This document shows, one piece after another, positions 1-8,876 of a DNA stretch of 51,878 nt; position 1 is the first letter of the stretch; every line of letters starts with the position of its first letter. Origin of the DNA: an uncultured Candidatus Saccharibacteria bacterium (lineage in GTDB: Bacteria > Patescibacteriota > Minisyncoccia > Minisyncoccales > Staskawiczbacteraceae); NCBI GenBank assembly GCA_964427585.1, contig CAYRVC010000002.1, forward strand, positions 130,864 to 182,741. Reading direction: 5' to 3'. The translations under genes and the position numbers were made by a program. Under the pieces are notes generated by a model. The model searched no databases and was not told where the DNA came from. It saw only the letters and a program-made list of their open reading frames with translations.

Positions 1-129
1 GGGCCGGAGAATTTCAGCGCGGTTTTCGACAAATATTTTGACCCGCGCCACTACGTTCCCGGCAAAAATACTGAGACATGGTTCGATCGCGCCCACAGCG
101 CTTACTTCGATTACCTGGCGGAAACCGGC
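1..129 (+). pseudogene. Fragment of an O-antigen ligase (Wzy_C/WaaL-like) gene, open at the window edge and broken at ~129
   Basis: Frame +1 from base 1 reads GPENFSAVFDKYFDPRHYVPGKNTETWFDRAHSAYFDYLAETG, resembling the G.ENF...WFDRAH...D.L.E.G segment of O-antigen ligase-family proteins. It then runs into antisense of the neighbouring gene. Not in the ORF track. Confidence 0.6.
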
Positions 130-1058
130 ATGTCTTTCAAAAATTGCTTTTCTTTTCCCCCGGTTTCATATTTTTCGTATTTTTCTGGCATCCCTTTCCA
201 CTGTTGCCTTTGGATTTCTTCTTTTTCCCCTGATTTAATCTCCGCTATTTTTCCCTGGGCCAGCCTCTTTTCCCTTTCTTTTTTTGCTTTTTCCGCCTCT
301 ACGTTGGTTATAATTTTAGAATATATCTCCCTTATTATTTTATCGATATCCGCTTTCCTTTTGGCAAGGTTATTTTTTTCAGCGACGATTTTTTCATAAT
401 CTTCGTCTATTTTTTTTATTTTGCTCTCTGTCTTTGCCACCTCTCTTTCCACTTCCCACCTTTTTTTTTCAGCGTTTTTTACCTCTTTTTCCAGCTCCCA
501 CCTTCTTTTTTCCATGCCTTGTTTTTCTTTTGCAATATTGCTTTCTTTCTCTTTTCCCGATATGAATTTTTGCTCTGTTTGGAAGCTTTCTTCTTCCTCT
601 GAAACTTTTGACAGCTTTTTTTCCCATTCCCCTTTTTCCAGCAGAACCCTGTTTTTCTCAAGCTTTAAAGCGGGCTCTTTTTCCTCTTCTATCTTCCTTA
701 CCTGGTCTTCCAAATCAATCCGCTGGGTTTCATAAAGAAAAATCTGCTGTTTTTCCGGCTCGGTGGCGTATTTTTTCAGGCTTAATTCCGCCTCTTTTTC
801 CTCCTCGGATTTTTTCTGCAATATCCTTTCTCTTCCTGTTTTTTCCGCCAGTTGCCCAGCCGACTCTTCTGCCTGTTCTTTCTGCTGATCCGCTGGCAGT
901 TTTTTTTCCCGCTCCTCTTCTGGCGTTTTAATTTTAATAATCGCCTCTCTTTCTTTCAGGGCGTCTGTTTCCCTTAATTTTTGGAGATCTTTTCCCATTG
1001 TCCGTATTTCGCTTCTCTCCAAAAACTCCTTTGTTTGAAGTTCGTCTGCTTTCGTCAT
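111..1058 (-). CDS. Charged coiled-coil hypothetical protein, possibly C-terminally truncated
   Basis: Long E/K/Q-rich ORF. ATG at 1058 (MTKADELQ) preferred because the track start at 1106 overlaps pnp. Confidence 0.7.
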   Translation of the reverse strand: MTKADELQTKEFLERSEIRTMGKDLQKLRETDALKEREAIIKIKTPEEEREKKLPADQQKEQAEESAGQLAEKTGRERILQKKSEEEKEAELSLKKYATEPEKQQIFLYETQRIDLEDQVRKIEEEKEPALKLEKNRVLLEKGEWEKKLSKVSEEEESFQTEQKFISGKEKESNIAKEKQGMEKRRWELEKEVKNAEKKRWEVEREVAKTESKIKKIDEDYEKIVAEKNNLAKRKADIDKIIREIYSKIITNVEAEKAKKEREKRLAQGKIAEIKSGEKEEIQRQQWKGMPEKYEKYETGGKEKQFLKDMPVSAR

Positions 1059-1077
1059 TGTTTGGGTGTTGGATTTA

Positions 1078-3195
1078 TTATTTTTTCGGCTTGAATCCGG
1101 CCTCAACAGCTGATAAGTTTATTCTGCCCAGGTCGTCTATGGAAATGACTTTTACAGGAATTTTATCCCCCTCTCTTACAACATCTTCCACTCTCCTTAT
1201 CTGGTAGGGAACCAATCTTGATATGTGCACCAGCCCGGATTGCCCCGGCAGAATGTCGACAAAAACGCCAAAGTCCATGATTTTTCTTACCGTGCCCTGG
1301 AACACCTCCCCCACTTCTACCTCTCTGACGATATTTTTTATCCAGCTTACCGCGGACTCCACCCCTTTTTCATCCTGACCGGTAATGAATACCAGGCCTG
1401 AATCCTCTATGTCAATGCTTACGCCGCACTCCTCTATTATTTTATTGATGACGCTTCCTTTGGGCCCCACCACTTCGCCTATCTTTTCAGGGTTGATCTG
1501 CATGGAAAATATTTTCGGAGCATACGGAGAAAGGGACTTTCGGGGTTCTGGCAGCGTTTTTTTAATTAAGTCCAATATTTTCAATCTGGCGTCTTTCGCT
1601 TTTGAGAGGGTTTCTTTTATGATTTCTTTGTTTATGCCGTCTATTTTTACATCCATCTGTATGGCGGTAATGCCGTTTTTGGTTCCCGCCACTTTAAAAT
1701 CCATATCTCCGAAATGGTCTTCCGGGCCTTGGATGTCGGTTAAAATTTTATATTTTCCGGTTTCTTCATCTTTTGCCAGGCCTATGGAAATACCGGCAAC
1801 AGGTTCCTTTATGGGCACTCCGGCATCCAGCAAAGCCAGGGAGGCCGCGCACACGGAAGCCATTGAGGTTGAGCCGTTGCTTGATAAAACTTCTGAAACA
1901 ATTCTTATTGTATACGGAAAGACATCGGGCTCGGGGATTAGGGGCAGTAACGCCTTTTCCGCCAGATTGCCGTGGCCTATCTCCCTTCTTTTCGGTCCCC
2001 TCATGGGAGACACTTCGCCAGAGGAAAACGGGGGAAAATTATAATGGTGCAGAAACCTTTTTTTTCCGACAAATTCCATTCCTTCAAGGAGCTGCTGGTC
2101 TCCCGGTCCCCCTAATGTTAAGATTGCCAAAACTTTTGTCAATCCGCGGTGGAAAACTCCGCTTCCATGGGTTCTCGGCAGAACGCCGGCCTCTGCGGAA
2201 AGCGGCCGTATTTCTTCAGAATTCCTGCCGTCTGGCCGCTTATCATTTTCTAAAATATTTTTTATTATTATTTTTTCAATCTCCTTTTCAAAAAAAGGCA
2301 ATGCTTGCTTGGCCTTATCCTGGCCGGCGTATTTTTCTTCTAAAAATTTTGCCAATTCTTCCTTTAGGGAATCAGCGGCGTTGAGATTTTTTTCTTTTGG
2401 TTCGGATTTTACAATTGCTTTTTCGAGCCGGTCGCCCAAAAAGCCCCTGATTTCTTTTTCGATATCCCCTTCCACCGCCGGCTCAAACAAAAACTTTTGT
2501 TTTCCGATCTTTTTTGAGCATTCCTTCTGGAAAATTATCAGTTCCTTTAAATTTTTTTCAACCGATTCAATGGCTTTTAGGACATCTTCTTCTGAAACTT
2601 CTTTGGCCCCGGCTTCAAGCATGTTGACCAAAATATTGTTGTCTTTTTCTGTGCCGGTTAATGTTAAATCCAAATCCCCGTTGTTCCTTTCCTGATAAGT
2701 AGGGTTTAAAATCCATTCTTTGTTCAGCCGGCCTATCCTTATAGGAGCTATGGGGCCCTGCCAGGGGATATCGGAAACGGTCAGAGCAAAAGAAGCGGCC
2801 AGCAGGCCTAAAATATCAGGGTCGTTTTCGCCGTCCCAGGACAGGCAGGTTACAACTACTTGCACTTCTTTTCTAAAATCCTTTGGGAACAGCGGCCTTA
2901 TCGCCCGGTCGATCATTCTGGCGCTTAAAATGGCGCTGTCTGCGGGCCGGCCTTCGCGCTTTATGAATCTGGAGCCGAATATTTTGCCTGCGGCATAAAA
3001 TCTTTCTTCATATTCAACGGTTAACGGAAAAAAATCAACCTCATCCCTGCTTTTTTGAGACATTACCGCTGTTGCCAGAACTTCTGTTCCTCCGCAGGAA
3101 ACCAGGCAGGAGCCTGAAGCCTGTATCGCCCAGTCAGTTGTTTTTATTGTAAAAGTTTTTTCGCCTATTTTTATTTCAAATATTTCTTTATCCAT
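1078..3195 (-). CDS. pnp: Polyribonucleotide nucleotidyltransferase (PNPase)
   Basis: Two RNase PH domains (FFPLTVEYEER, RMIDRAIRPLFP, RTHGSG, RREIGHG, SNGSTSMAS, DMDFKVAGT) plus KH and S1 domains. Confidence 0.98.
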   Translation of the reverse strand: MDKEIFEIKIGEKTFTIKTTDWAIQASGSCLVSCGGTEVLATAVMSQKSRDEVDFFPLTVEYEERFYAAGKIFGSRFIKREGRPADSAILSARMIDRAIRPLFPKDFRKEVQVVVTCLSWDGENDPDILGLLAASFALTVSDIPWQGPIAPIRIGRLNKEWILNPTYQERNNGDLDLTLTGTEKDNNILVNMLEAGAKEVSEEDVLKAIESVEKNLKELIIFQKECSKKIGKQKFLFEPAVEGDIEKEIRGFLGDRLEKAIVKSEPKEKNLNAADSLKEELAKFLEEKYAGQDKAKQALPFFEKEIEKIIIKNILENDKRPDGRNSEEIRPLSAEAGVLPRTHGSGVFHRGLTKVLAILTLGGPGDQQLLEGMEFVGKKRFLHHYNFPPFSSGEVSPMRGPKRREIGHGNLAEKALLPLIPEPDVFPYTIRIVSEVLSSNGSTSMASVCAASLALLDAGVPIKEPVAGISIGLAKDEETGKYKILTDIQGPEDHFGDMDFKVAGTKNGITAIQMDVKIDGINKEIIKETLSKAKDARLKILDLIKKTLPEPRKSLSPYAPKIFSMQINPEKIGEVVGPKGSVINKIIEECGVSIDIEDSGLVFITGQDEKGVESAVSWIKNIVREVEVGEVFQGTVRKIMDFGVFVDILPGQSGLVHISRLVPYQIRRVEDVVREGDKIPVKVISIDDLGRINLSAVEAGFKPKK

Positions 3196-3201
3196 TTTGT
3201 T

Positions 3202-3702
3202 TTATTTAAGCAAGAATTTATCAACGGTCATATCCAAATCGATAAACTCGTCAGCCACTTCTTTTAATTTCGCGGAAGTTGTTCTGCCAAAAGCCATCAC
3301 CTCCACTCTTTTACCCTGATTCTTTAAATATTCTACAAGGGCGATAAAGTCGCCGTCTCCGGACACTAGGACAATCACATCCAAACCAGGGGATGTCCTA
3401 ATGGCGTCAATGACGATGCCCACGTCCCAGTCGGCTTTTTTTGCTCCGCCGTAAAATTCCTGCAAGTCTCTTACTCTTGTTTCAATGCCCAGCTTTGAAA
3501 GCGCTTCAAAAAACGGCTTTTCTTCTCCGGTTTTCGTTTTAACAACATAGGCAAATGCCCTTATGAACTTTCTGCCGGATATCGCCTGTTTTAAAACTTC
3601 TTTAAAATTAACTTTTGCCCGGTAAAGGTTTTTTGCCGAGTGGTATAAGTTTTGGACGTCGATCAAAACTTCTACGCGCTGCTCTTTTGGTTTTATTGCC
3701 AT
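3202..3702 (-). CDS. NYN-domain (LabA/DUF88, PIN-like) protein
   Basis: IDVQNLY, KKADWDVGIVIDA, LVSGDGDF and ADEFIDL motifs. Confidence 0.9.
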   Translation of the reverse strand: MAIKPKEQRVEVLIDVQNLYHSAKNLYRAKVNFKEVLKQAISGRKFIRAFAYVVKTKTGEEKPFFEALSKLGIETRVRDLQEFYGGAKKADWDVGIVIDAIRTSPGLDVIVLVSGDGDFIALVEYLKNQGKRVEVMAFGRTTSAKLKEVADEFIDLDMTVDKFLLK

Positions 3703-3971
3703 TATTTTTTCAGGCCGATTTCTTTAATAATTTTGTTATACCTTTTTTCAGACTCTTTTTTTAAATAAGCCAGCAATTTTTTCCTTTTGACAACCATCTT
3801 AATCAGCCCCCTTTTTGAATGGACGTCTTTTTTGTGTTTTTTAAAGTGCGACACCAGCTTGTCTATTTCTTTTGAGAGCAAAGCAATCTGGACATCCGGG
3901 GATCCGGTGTCTTTTTCATGGATGCCGTGCGCTTTTATTATTTTTGTTTTTTCTTTTGTTTTTAAAGCCAT
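3702..3971 (-). CDS. rpsO: 30S ribosomal protein S15
   Basis: HEKDTGSPDVQIALL and HKKDVHSKRGLIKMVVKRKKLLAYLK motifs. Confidence 0.98.
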   Translation of the reverse strand: MALKTKEKTKIIKAHGIHEKDTGSPDVQIALLSKEIDKLVSHFKKHKKDVHSKRGLIKMVVKRKKLLAYLKKESEKRYNKIIKEIGLKK

Positions 3972-4086
3972 ATACGAAATTTTAAATTTTTTATCGGATT
4001 AAAAGATGAATTTTTTAACATAAACGAGTTCCCATGCCCCATTTTTGTTTTTAGCATACTCTATTTTTATTATTTTGTAAAGGATT

Positions 4087-4596
4087 TTACCAGGTATTGC
4101 AGATGGTCGTGTCTCCGCTGCACACCATCCACGCCCAAGTGGGGCGCACCGGGTCGTAAAATGGCTGGCCGGCCGAAGGAAAACTGTTAGGCGCGCAATG
4201 GGAAAGCAATTTGTAATTTATGCCGTCAGAAATATAAAGATAAGCCGCTTTGTTTGAACCACAAGATGGTATTTTTGAAGTGCCTCCTTGAGGATCTCGA
4301 GGCAAGGCAGATAGGTAGGTCGGGGTTATTCCCGGAATATAATTTCCCCCATTATCGGAAAAAAAATCACCAGGTTCAGAAGAATACCAACCCATGCCGG
4401 TTGACGGGAAAGAGCCGTTATCGCCGTAATACATTGCTAACGCTTTTTGCAAACCCCTCATTTCCGACTTGCGCCTTGAGTCTTTGGCTTTTGCCATGGT
4501 ATTATTTACCCCTACCATAACAATGCCCGCAAGCCCGGCAATAATGGCAATCACCACTATTATTTCAACAACAGTGAATCCTTTTTGTTTTTGCAT
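4087..4596 (-). CDS. Type IV pilin / GspG-like pseudopilin
   Basis: Class III signal KG|FTVVEIIVVIAII with E5, then AKAKDSRRKSEM...LAMYY.DNGSFP and LPRDP. Confidence 0.9.
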   Translation of the reverse strand: MQKQKGFTVVEIIVVIAIIAGLAGIVMVGVNNTMAKAKDSRRKSEMRGLQKALAMYYGDNGSFPSTGMGWYSSEPGDFFSDNGGNYIPGITPTYLSALPRDPQGGTSKIPSCGSNKAAYLYISDGINYKLLSHCAPNSFPSAGQPFYDPVRPTWAWMVCSGDTTICNTW

Positions 4597-4696
4597 ACTA
4601 TTAAATTAAAAATTCGCCGCATTGAATAAAATCCTTTAGGATTTTAATTTCGTAAAGAGAAATCATTCAACGGGCAAAATTTAAAAATTAAATCTG

Positions 4697-4769
4697 TGCC
4701 CCCGTCGCGACTCGAACGCGAAACCAATTCCTTAAGAGGGAAGTGCTCTACCAATTGAGCTACGGGGGC
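4697..4769 (-). tRNA. tRNA-Lys(CTT)
   Basis: GCCCCCG/CGGGGGC acceptor stem, loop CT-CTT-AA, T-arm TCGCG-TTCGAGT-CGCGA. CCA not encoded. Confidence 0.93.
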
Positions 4770-4779
4770 AATGTTAAAA

Positions 4780-5229
4780 CTAAAACGGAGACTTAAACCA
4801 ATTCCCGATATCTTTGTATCCCAGCGCGCTTAAAATGAAATTAATAATTACCCAAGAGCAGAAAACCAGAACTAATCCTATTATTGAAATCCATAGAATC
4901 CTTTTGCCCTGGCTTGCCAAATTAGGATTCCCGCCCGAAATAATAATCATCACGGCTCCTATGGTAAGCATAAAAACCGCCAAGGGCGCAGCTATATTCC
5001 ATACCATAAAATCAAAGATATTGCTAAGCAATATAAAAACATGATAAAGCTGACAGCGGCATACAGGGTCAAACGTAGTAGCATTTTTTGATTCTATGTT
5101 GCAGGGAACGATTCCTGTTTCCCCTCCGTTTGATTCATCACAAGATTCATTTTGCTCCTGGGCATAGATGTAAAAGATTGGAGATAAAATTACAATCGAT
5201 ATTAAAAATATTAAAAAAACTTTATTCAT
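4780..5229 (-). CDS. VirB2/TrbC-like (T4SS pilin-type) membrane protein with Cys-rich N-terminus
   Basis: Signal-like N-terminus, GIVPC...CRCQL, two hydrophobic helices joined by ISGGNPNLASQGK, the same loop as in the pilin array at 45.5-48.6 kb. Confidence 0.7.
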   Translation of the reverse strand: MNKVFLIFLISIVILSPIFYIYAQEQNESCDESNGGETGIVPCNIESKNATTFDPVCRCQLYHVFILLSNIFDFMVWNIAAPLAVFMLTIGAVMIIISGGNPNLASQGKRILWISIIGLVLVFCSWVIINFILSALGYKDIGNWFKSPF

Positions 5230-5313
5230 TTATTTTGGGCTTGTTTATTATTTATTTTATCATTATAACATAAAAAATAAAAGGAAGAAAAAATTTTTTC
5301 TCCCTTATTCTTT

Positions 5314-6465
5314 TCAAAATTGCGGTATTATTTCTCCTTTTTCTTTTTTCCAAATTAAATCTTCTGCACAACTTTTAGCAGCCCTTACCCCGTTTCCATT
5401 TATGTATGTCCAATTTTTTCCGCCATCCCTTGATTCGATTGTTCTATCTAAGCCATCGGCCATAAAAGACGAGAAGTCCGACATAGAAAAAAGAATCGCA
5501 ACAATATGTTGTTCCCCTGTTGCTTCAATTCTTACAATCTTATTTGCAATACCAAGCATATCTCCGGAAGGTTCCTTATAGTCATGTTTTTCAATGCGCA
5601 AAACCATTTTCCAATTTTTTCCGCCGTTCTCTGTCTTATAGATATAAGAAGATGATCGCGACAGTATGCCTATTCTATCATATTCCCAAAATAATGATAC
5701 AAAGCCCGTATTTTTATTTACAAAAACTATACTAGAAATAAGCGGTGTTCGAAAATCACCATCACCGCCCACATCTAATGTGCTGTAAATTTTCCAATCT
5801 ATTCCGCCGTCTTCACTCAACGCTACTGCTGGCATTGTCAGAAGAGGCGAATTGTCTGAATCTAAAGTGTCTAAAAATAAACCTCTTTCTGAAAAAGGAC
5901 GAGCATCTTCCCTTATTACTAAATTTCCACCATTCCAAATACAATTGTCTATTGCGTAGAAATAACTAGAAGAATAAAAATGAAATCCCTTTTCTTTTAA
6001 ATTTTTTTCTATTTTTTCTTTTCCGCCCAGTGCCCTCTCAATTTTTTCATTTTGATCCTCATAAAGTCGCTGTATCTCATATTGGTCTGTTATTCTTTTT
6101 CCTCTTTTTTTCTCTTCTTCTGCTCTTATTTTTTCATCCTTCTCTTTTTTTATTTTCCTTTTTATTTCTTCCTTTTCCGCGGATTCGTGGCGAGTTACAT
6201 AACTCGGAGAGATCTTTTTTATGACTTTTGTTTCCACCATATTAACAGACCAGTCAATCGTTTTATAAATTATCACCAAAATTATTATTATAATAAACAG
6301 ACATCCGAGAGGATCAAAATCTCCGTCGCTACCTCCCCCTCCGCCTCCGGTTACTTCCGGTTTTTCGCGTTTGGTTCTTACGGTAACTTCTCCGCCTTTT
6401 TTTACATCATAAGTCCTGGGCGACTCGCCGCTTGTTTCCACTCTGACCCTGCCTCGCTTGGTCAT
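5314..6465 (-). CDS. Membrane-anchored protein with BNR/Asp-box repeats
   Basis: Single TM segment (LGCLFIIIIILVII), coiled-coil stalk, three Asp-box-like motifs SEDGGIDW, TENGGKNW, SRDGGKNW. AT-rich; start uncertain. Confidence 0.65.
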   Translation of the reverse strand: MTKRGRVRVETSGESPRTYDVKKGGEVTVRTKREKPEVTGGGGGGSDGDFDPLGCLFIIIIILVIIYKTIDWSVNMVETKVIKKISPSYVTRHESAEKEEIKRKIKKEKDEKIRAEEEKKRGKRITDQYEIQRLYEDQNEKIERALGGKEKIEKNLKEKGFHFYSSSYFYAIDNCIWNGGNLVIREDARPFSERGLFLDTLDSDNSPLLTMPAVALSEDGGIDWKIYSTLDVGGDGDFRTPLISSIVFVNKNTGFVSLFWEYDRIGILSRSSSYIYKTENGGKNWKMVLRIEKHDYKEPSGDMLGIANKIVRIEATGEQHIVAILFSMSDFSSFMADGLDRTIESRDGGKNWTYINGNGVRAAKSCAEDLIWKKEKGEIIPQF

Positions 6466-6520
6466 AGTTTGGCTCCCTATCTTTGTAAAGCCCGTGAAAT
6501 TGTAAAGGTGCTTGTAAATT

Positions 6521-6595
6521 TGGTGCCCCTGGAAGGATTCGAACCCTCAACATTTGCTTCGAAGGCAAAGATGATATCCATTTCACCACAGGGGC
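6521..6595 (-). tRNA. tRNA-Arg(TCG)
   Basis: GCCCCTG/CAGGGGC acceptor, anticodon arm TTTGC-CT-TCG-AA-GCAAA, encoded CCA. Confidence 0.93.
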
Positions 6596-6665
6596 TTTTT
6601 AATTATAATTTTGCCATAAAAATTGAAAAAAAACAAGTTTTGGTTTAATATAAAATGAAGAACTT

Positions 6666-8156
6666 ATGTTAATTCCGAAAGAAATAAAATCTATTTTGGA
6701 AAAACTCCAAAAAGCGGGTTTTGAGGCGTATATCGTGGGCGGATGCGCGCGGGATTTTTTACTGGAAAGGGAGCCTAAAGATTGGGACATAACCACAAAC
6801 GCCAAGCCGGAAGAAATACAAAAAATATTTCCCGACAGTTTTTATGAAAATAGTTTTTTGACGGTAAGCGTCAGAACCGGCAGTAAAAACGCAAAATTGC
6901 GGGAAATTGAAATTACAACCTACCGCTCTGAAGCCAAATATTCCGATAAAAGGCACCCTGACCAGGTAAAATTCGCCAAAACCCTGGAGGAAGATTTGGC
7001 AAGAAGGGATTTCACCATTAACGCTATTGCGATAGATTTGAAAATTAATAAATTGAGAAATTCATTGAAAATTGAAAATTGTAAATTGAAAATTGTTGAC
7101 CCGTTTGGCGGACAGGAGGATTTGAAAAATAAAACAATCAGGGCAGTTGGCAACGCGGAGGAAAGGTTTAACGAGGATGCCTTAAGGATGATGAGGGCAG
7201 TGAGGTTTGCGGCAACTTTAAATTTTGAGATTGAGAAAAATACGGCAGAGGCAATTAAAAAAAATTCTCCGTGGATGAAAGAGATTTCCGAAGAAAGGAT
7301 AAGGGACGAGTTTTTAAAGATTATAATGTCAGAAAGGGCGGCCGAAGGAGTGGAGATTTTAAGAGAATTGGGATTGTTAAAACATATTATTCCCGAGCTT
7401 GAAGAAGGCTTCGGGGTTTCTCAGAATAAGCACCATATTTACGACTGCTATCAGCACCTTTTAAAATCATTGGAATACGCCGTAAAAAAGAAATTCAATC
7501 TGCATGTGCGGTTGGCTGCGCTTTTTCACGATATTGCCAAACCAAGGGTTAAAAGGGGCGAAGGCGAAGAAGCGACATTTTATAACCACGAAATCGTGGG
7601 GGCTAAAATGACATTTTCAATATTAAACCGCCTGAAATTTCCCAAAAAAGACGTTGAAAAAATTTCAAAGCTGGTAAAATTCCATTTGTTTTATTATAAT
7701 GTGGGCGAGGTGTCGGAATCTTCTGTGAGGAGATTGGTAAAAAACGTGGGGTCAGAAAACATAGACGAGCTTTTAGAGGTAAGGCAGGCTGACAGAATAG
7801 GATCCGGGGTTCCCAAGGCGGAGCCCTATAAACTAAGGCATTTAAAGTACATAATAGAAAAAATCAGCAAAGACCCGATATCAGCGAAAATGCTTAAAAT
7901 AAACGGAGACGATATAATGAAACTTCTAAAAATAAAGCCGGGGCCGAAAGTCGGCCATATTTTAGACATTCTTTTGAAGTCCGTTATAGACGACCCGGAA
8001 AAAAATAAAAAAGAATTTTTAGAAAAAGAAACAGTAAGGCTGGGAAATCTAAGCGACAGAGAGCTTGAGAAATCGGCCCAAGGATCAAAAGAAGAGATAG
8101 AAAAGATAGAAACCAAAAAAGACCAAATGACCAAAGAAAAATACTGGGTAACTTAA
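6666..8156 (+). CDS. cca: CCA tRNA nucleotidyltransferase / poly(A) polymerase family with HD domain
   Basis: YIVGGCARD, DWDITTNA, EDLARRDFTINA, EDALRMMRAVRF, LFHDIAKP motifs. Confidence 0.9.
   Translation: MLIPKEIKSILEKLQKAGFEAYIVGGCARDFLLEREPKDWDITTNAKPEEIQKIFPDSFYENSFLTVSVRTGSKNAKLREIEITTYRSEAKYSDKRHPDQVKFAKTLEEDLARRDFTINAIAIDLKINKLRNSLKIENCKLKIVDPFGGQEDLKNKTIRAVGNAEERFNEDALRMMRAVRFAATLNFEIEKNTAEAIKKNSPWMKEISEERIRDEFLKIIMSERAAEGVEILRELGLLKHIIPELEEGFGVSQNKHHIYDCYQHLLKSLEYAVKKKFNLHVRLAALFHDIAKPRVKRGEGEEATFYNHEIVGAKMTFSILNRLKFPKKDVEKISKLVKFHLFYYNVGEVSESSVRRLVKNVGSENIDELLEVRQADRIGSGVPKAEPYKLRHLKYIIEKISKDPISAKMLKINGDDIMKLLKIKPGPKVGHILDILLKSVIDDPEKNKKEFLEKETVRLGNLSDRELEKSAQGSKEEIEKIETKKDQMTKEKYWVT
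7038..7094 (+). repeat. AT-rich TTGAAAATT-type repeat tract inside the cca coding sequence
   Basis: ttgaaaatt/gaaaatt/gtaaatt units encode KINKLRNSLKIENCKLKI between NAIAID and VDPFGG. Confidence 0.75.
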
Positions 8157-8191
8157 TAAAATTAAAAATCAAATATCAAAAATCAAAATTA

Positions 8192-8265
8192 CGGAGCGTG
8201 GTGTAACGGCAACATGCACCCTTCGGGAGGGTGAGATTTTGTGGGTTCGAATCCCACCGCTCCGA
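8192..8265 (+). tRNA. tRNA-Pro(CGG)
   Basis: CGGAGCG/CGCTCCG acceptor, CACCC-TT-CGG-GA-GGGTG anticodon arm, GTGGG-TTCGAAT-CCCAC T-arm. Confidence 0.92.
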
Positions 8266-8315
8266 CAGATTTTAATTTTAAAAATAATTAATAATAAATA
8301 TTAGAAGTTAAAATT

Positions 8316-8735
8316 ATGGCAACTTGGATATTTTTTGCGTTGGGATCCGCGGCTTTTGCCGCATTGGTGGCGATTTTCGGGAAAATAGGAATTACTGGCA
8401 TTGATTCTACTTTAGCCACGACTGTCAGGGCGGTTATTATGGCAGTGTTTCTTGTAATCGTCGCGTTGTTGTTCGGCAAAGGGCAGTTAATCGGAACAAT
8501 AACATTAAGGCCGTTTTCTTTTATTGTTTTGTCGGGGGTGGCGGGAGCTCTTTCCTGGCTTTGTTATTTTTTTGCCTTGAAATACGGCCCGGCTGCCGGG
8601 GTGGCGGCTTTAGACAGATTAAGCGTTGTTTTTGTTTTGTTTTTTGCCGCTTTGTTTTTAGCCGAAAAGCTCACCTGGAAAACCTTAATCGGCAGCATTT
8701 TAATCACAGCCGGCGCTTTATTCATGGTTTTATAG
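8316..8735 (+). CDS. EamA/DMT family small transporter
   Basis: Hydrophobic 139 aa with IDSTLATTVRAV, LSWLCYFFALK, LDRLSVVFVL. Confidence 0.88.
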   Translation: MATWIFFALGSAAFAALVAIFGKIGITGIDSTLATTVRAVIMAVFLVIVALLFGKGQLIGTITLRPFSFIVLSGVAGALSWLCYFFALKYGPAAGVAALDRLSVVFVLFFAALFLAEKLTWKTLIGSILITAGALFMVL

Positions 8736-8793
8736 GTAATTTTTCATTAAATTAAAAATTTGAAATTAAAAATTCCCCGCCAAGGCGGGGCCT

Positions 8794-8864
8794 GGGCCTA
8801 TAGTAAAATGGCATTACGCGGCATTCGCATTGCCGAGTTCCGGGTTCGACTCCCGGTGGGTCCA
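8794..8864 (+). tRNA. tRNA-Ala(CGC)
   Basis: GGGCCTA/TGGGTCC acceptor with the G3:U70 alanine determinant; CGGCA-TT-CGC-AT-TGCCG anticodon arm. Confidence 0.93.
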
Positions 8865-8876
8865 CTAAACTGAGTT

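Noticed and set aside
3972-4086. S15 autoregulatory leader upstream of rpsO
   Set aside because: A GC-richer patch (ggggcatgggaactcg on minus) exists, but I could not fold it into a known S15 leader.
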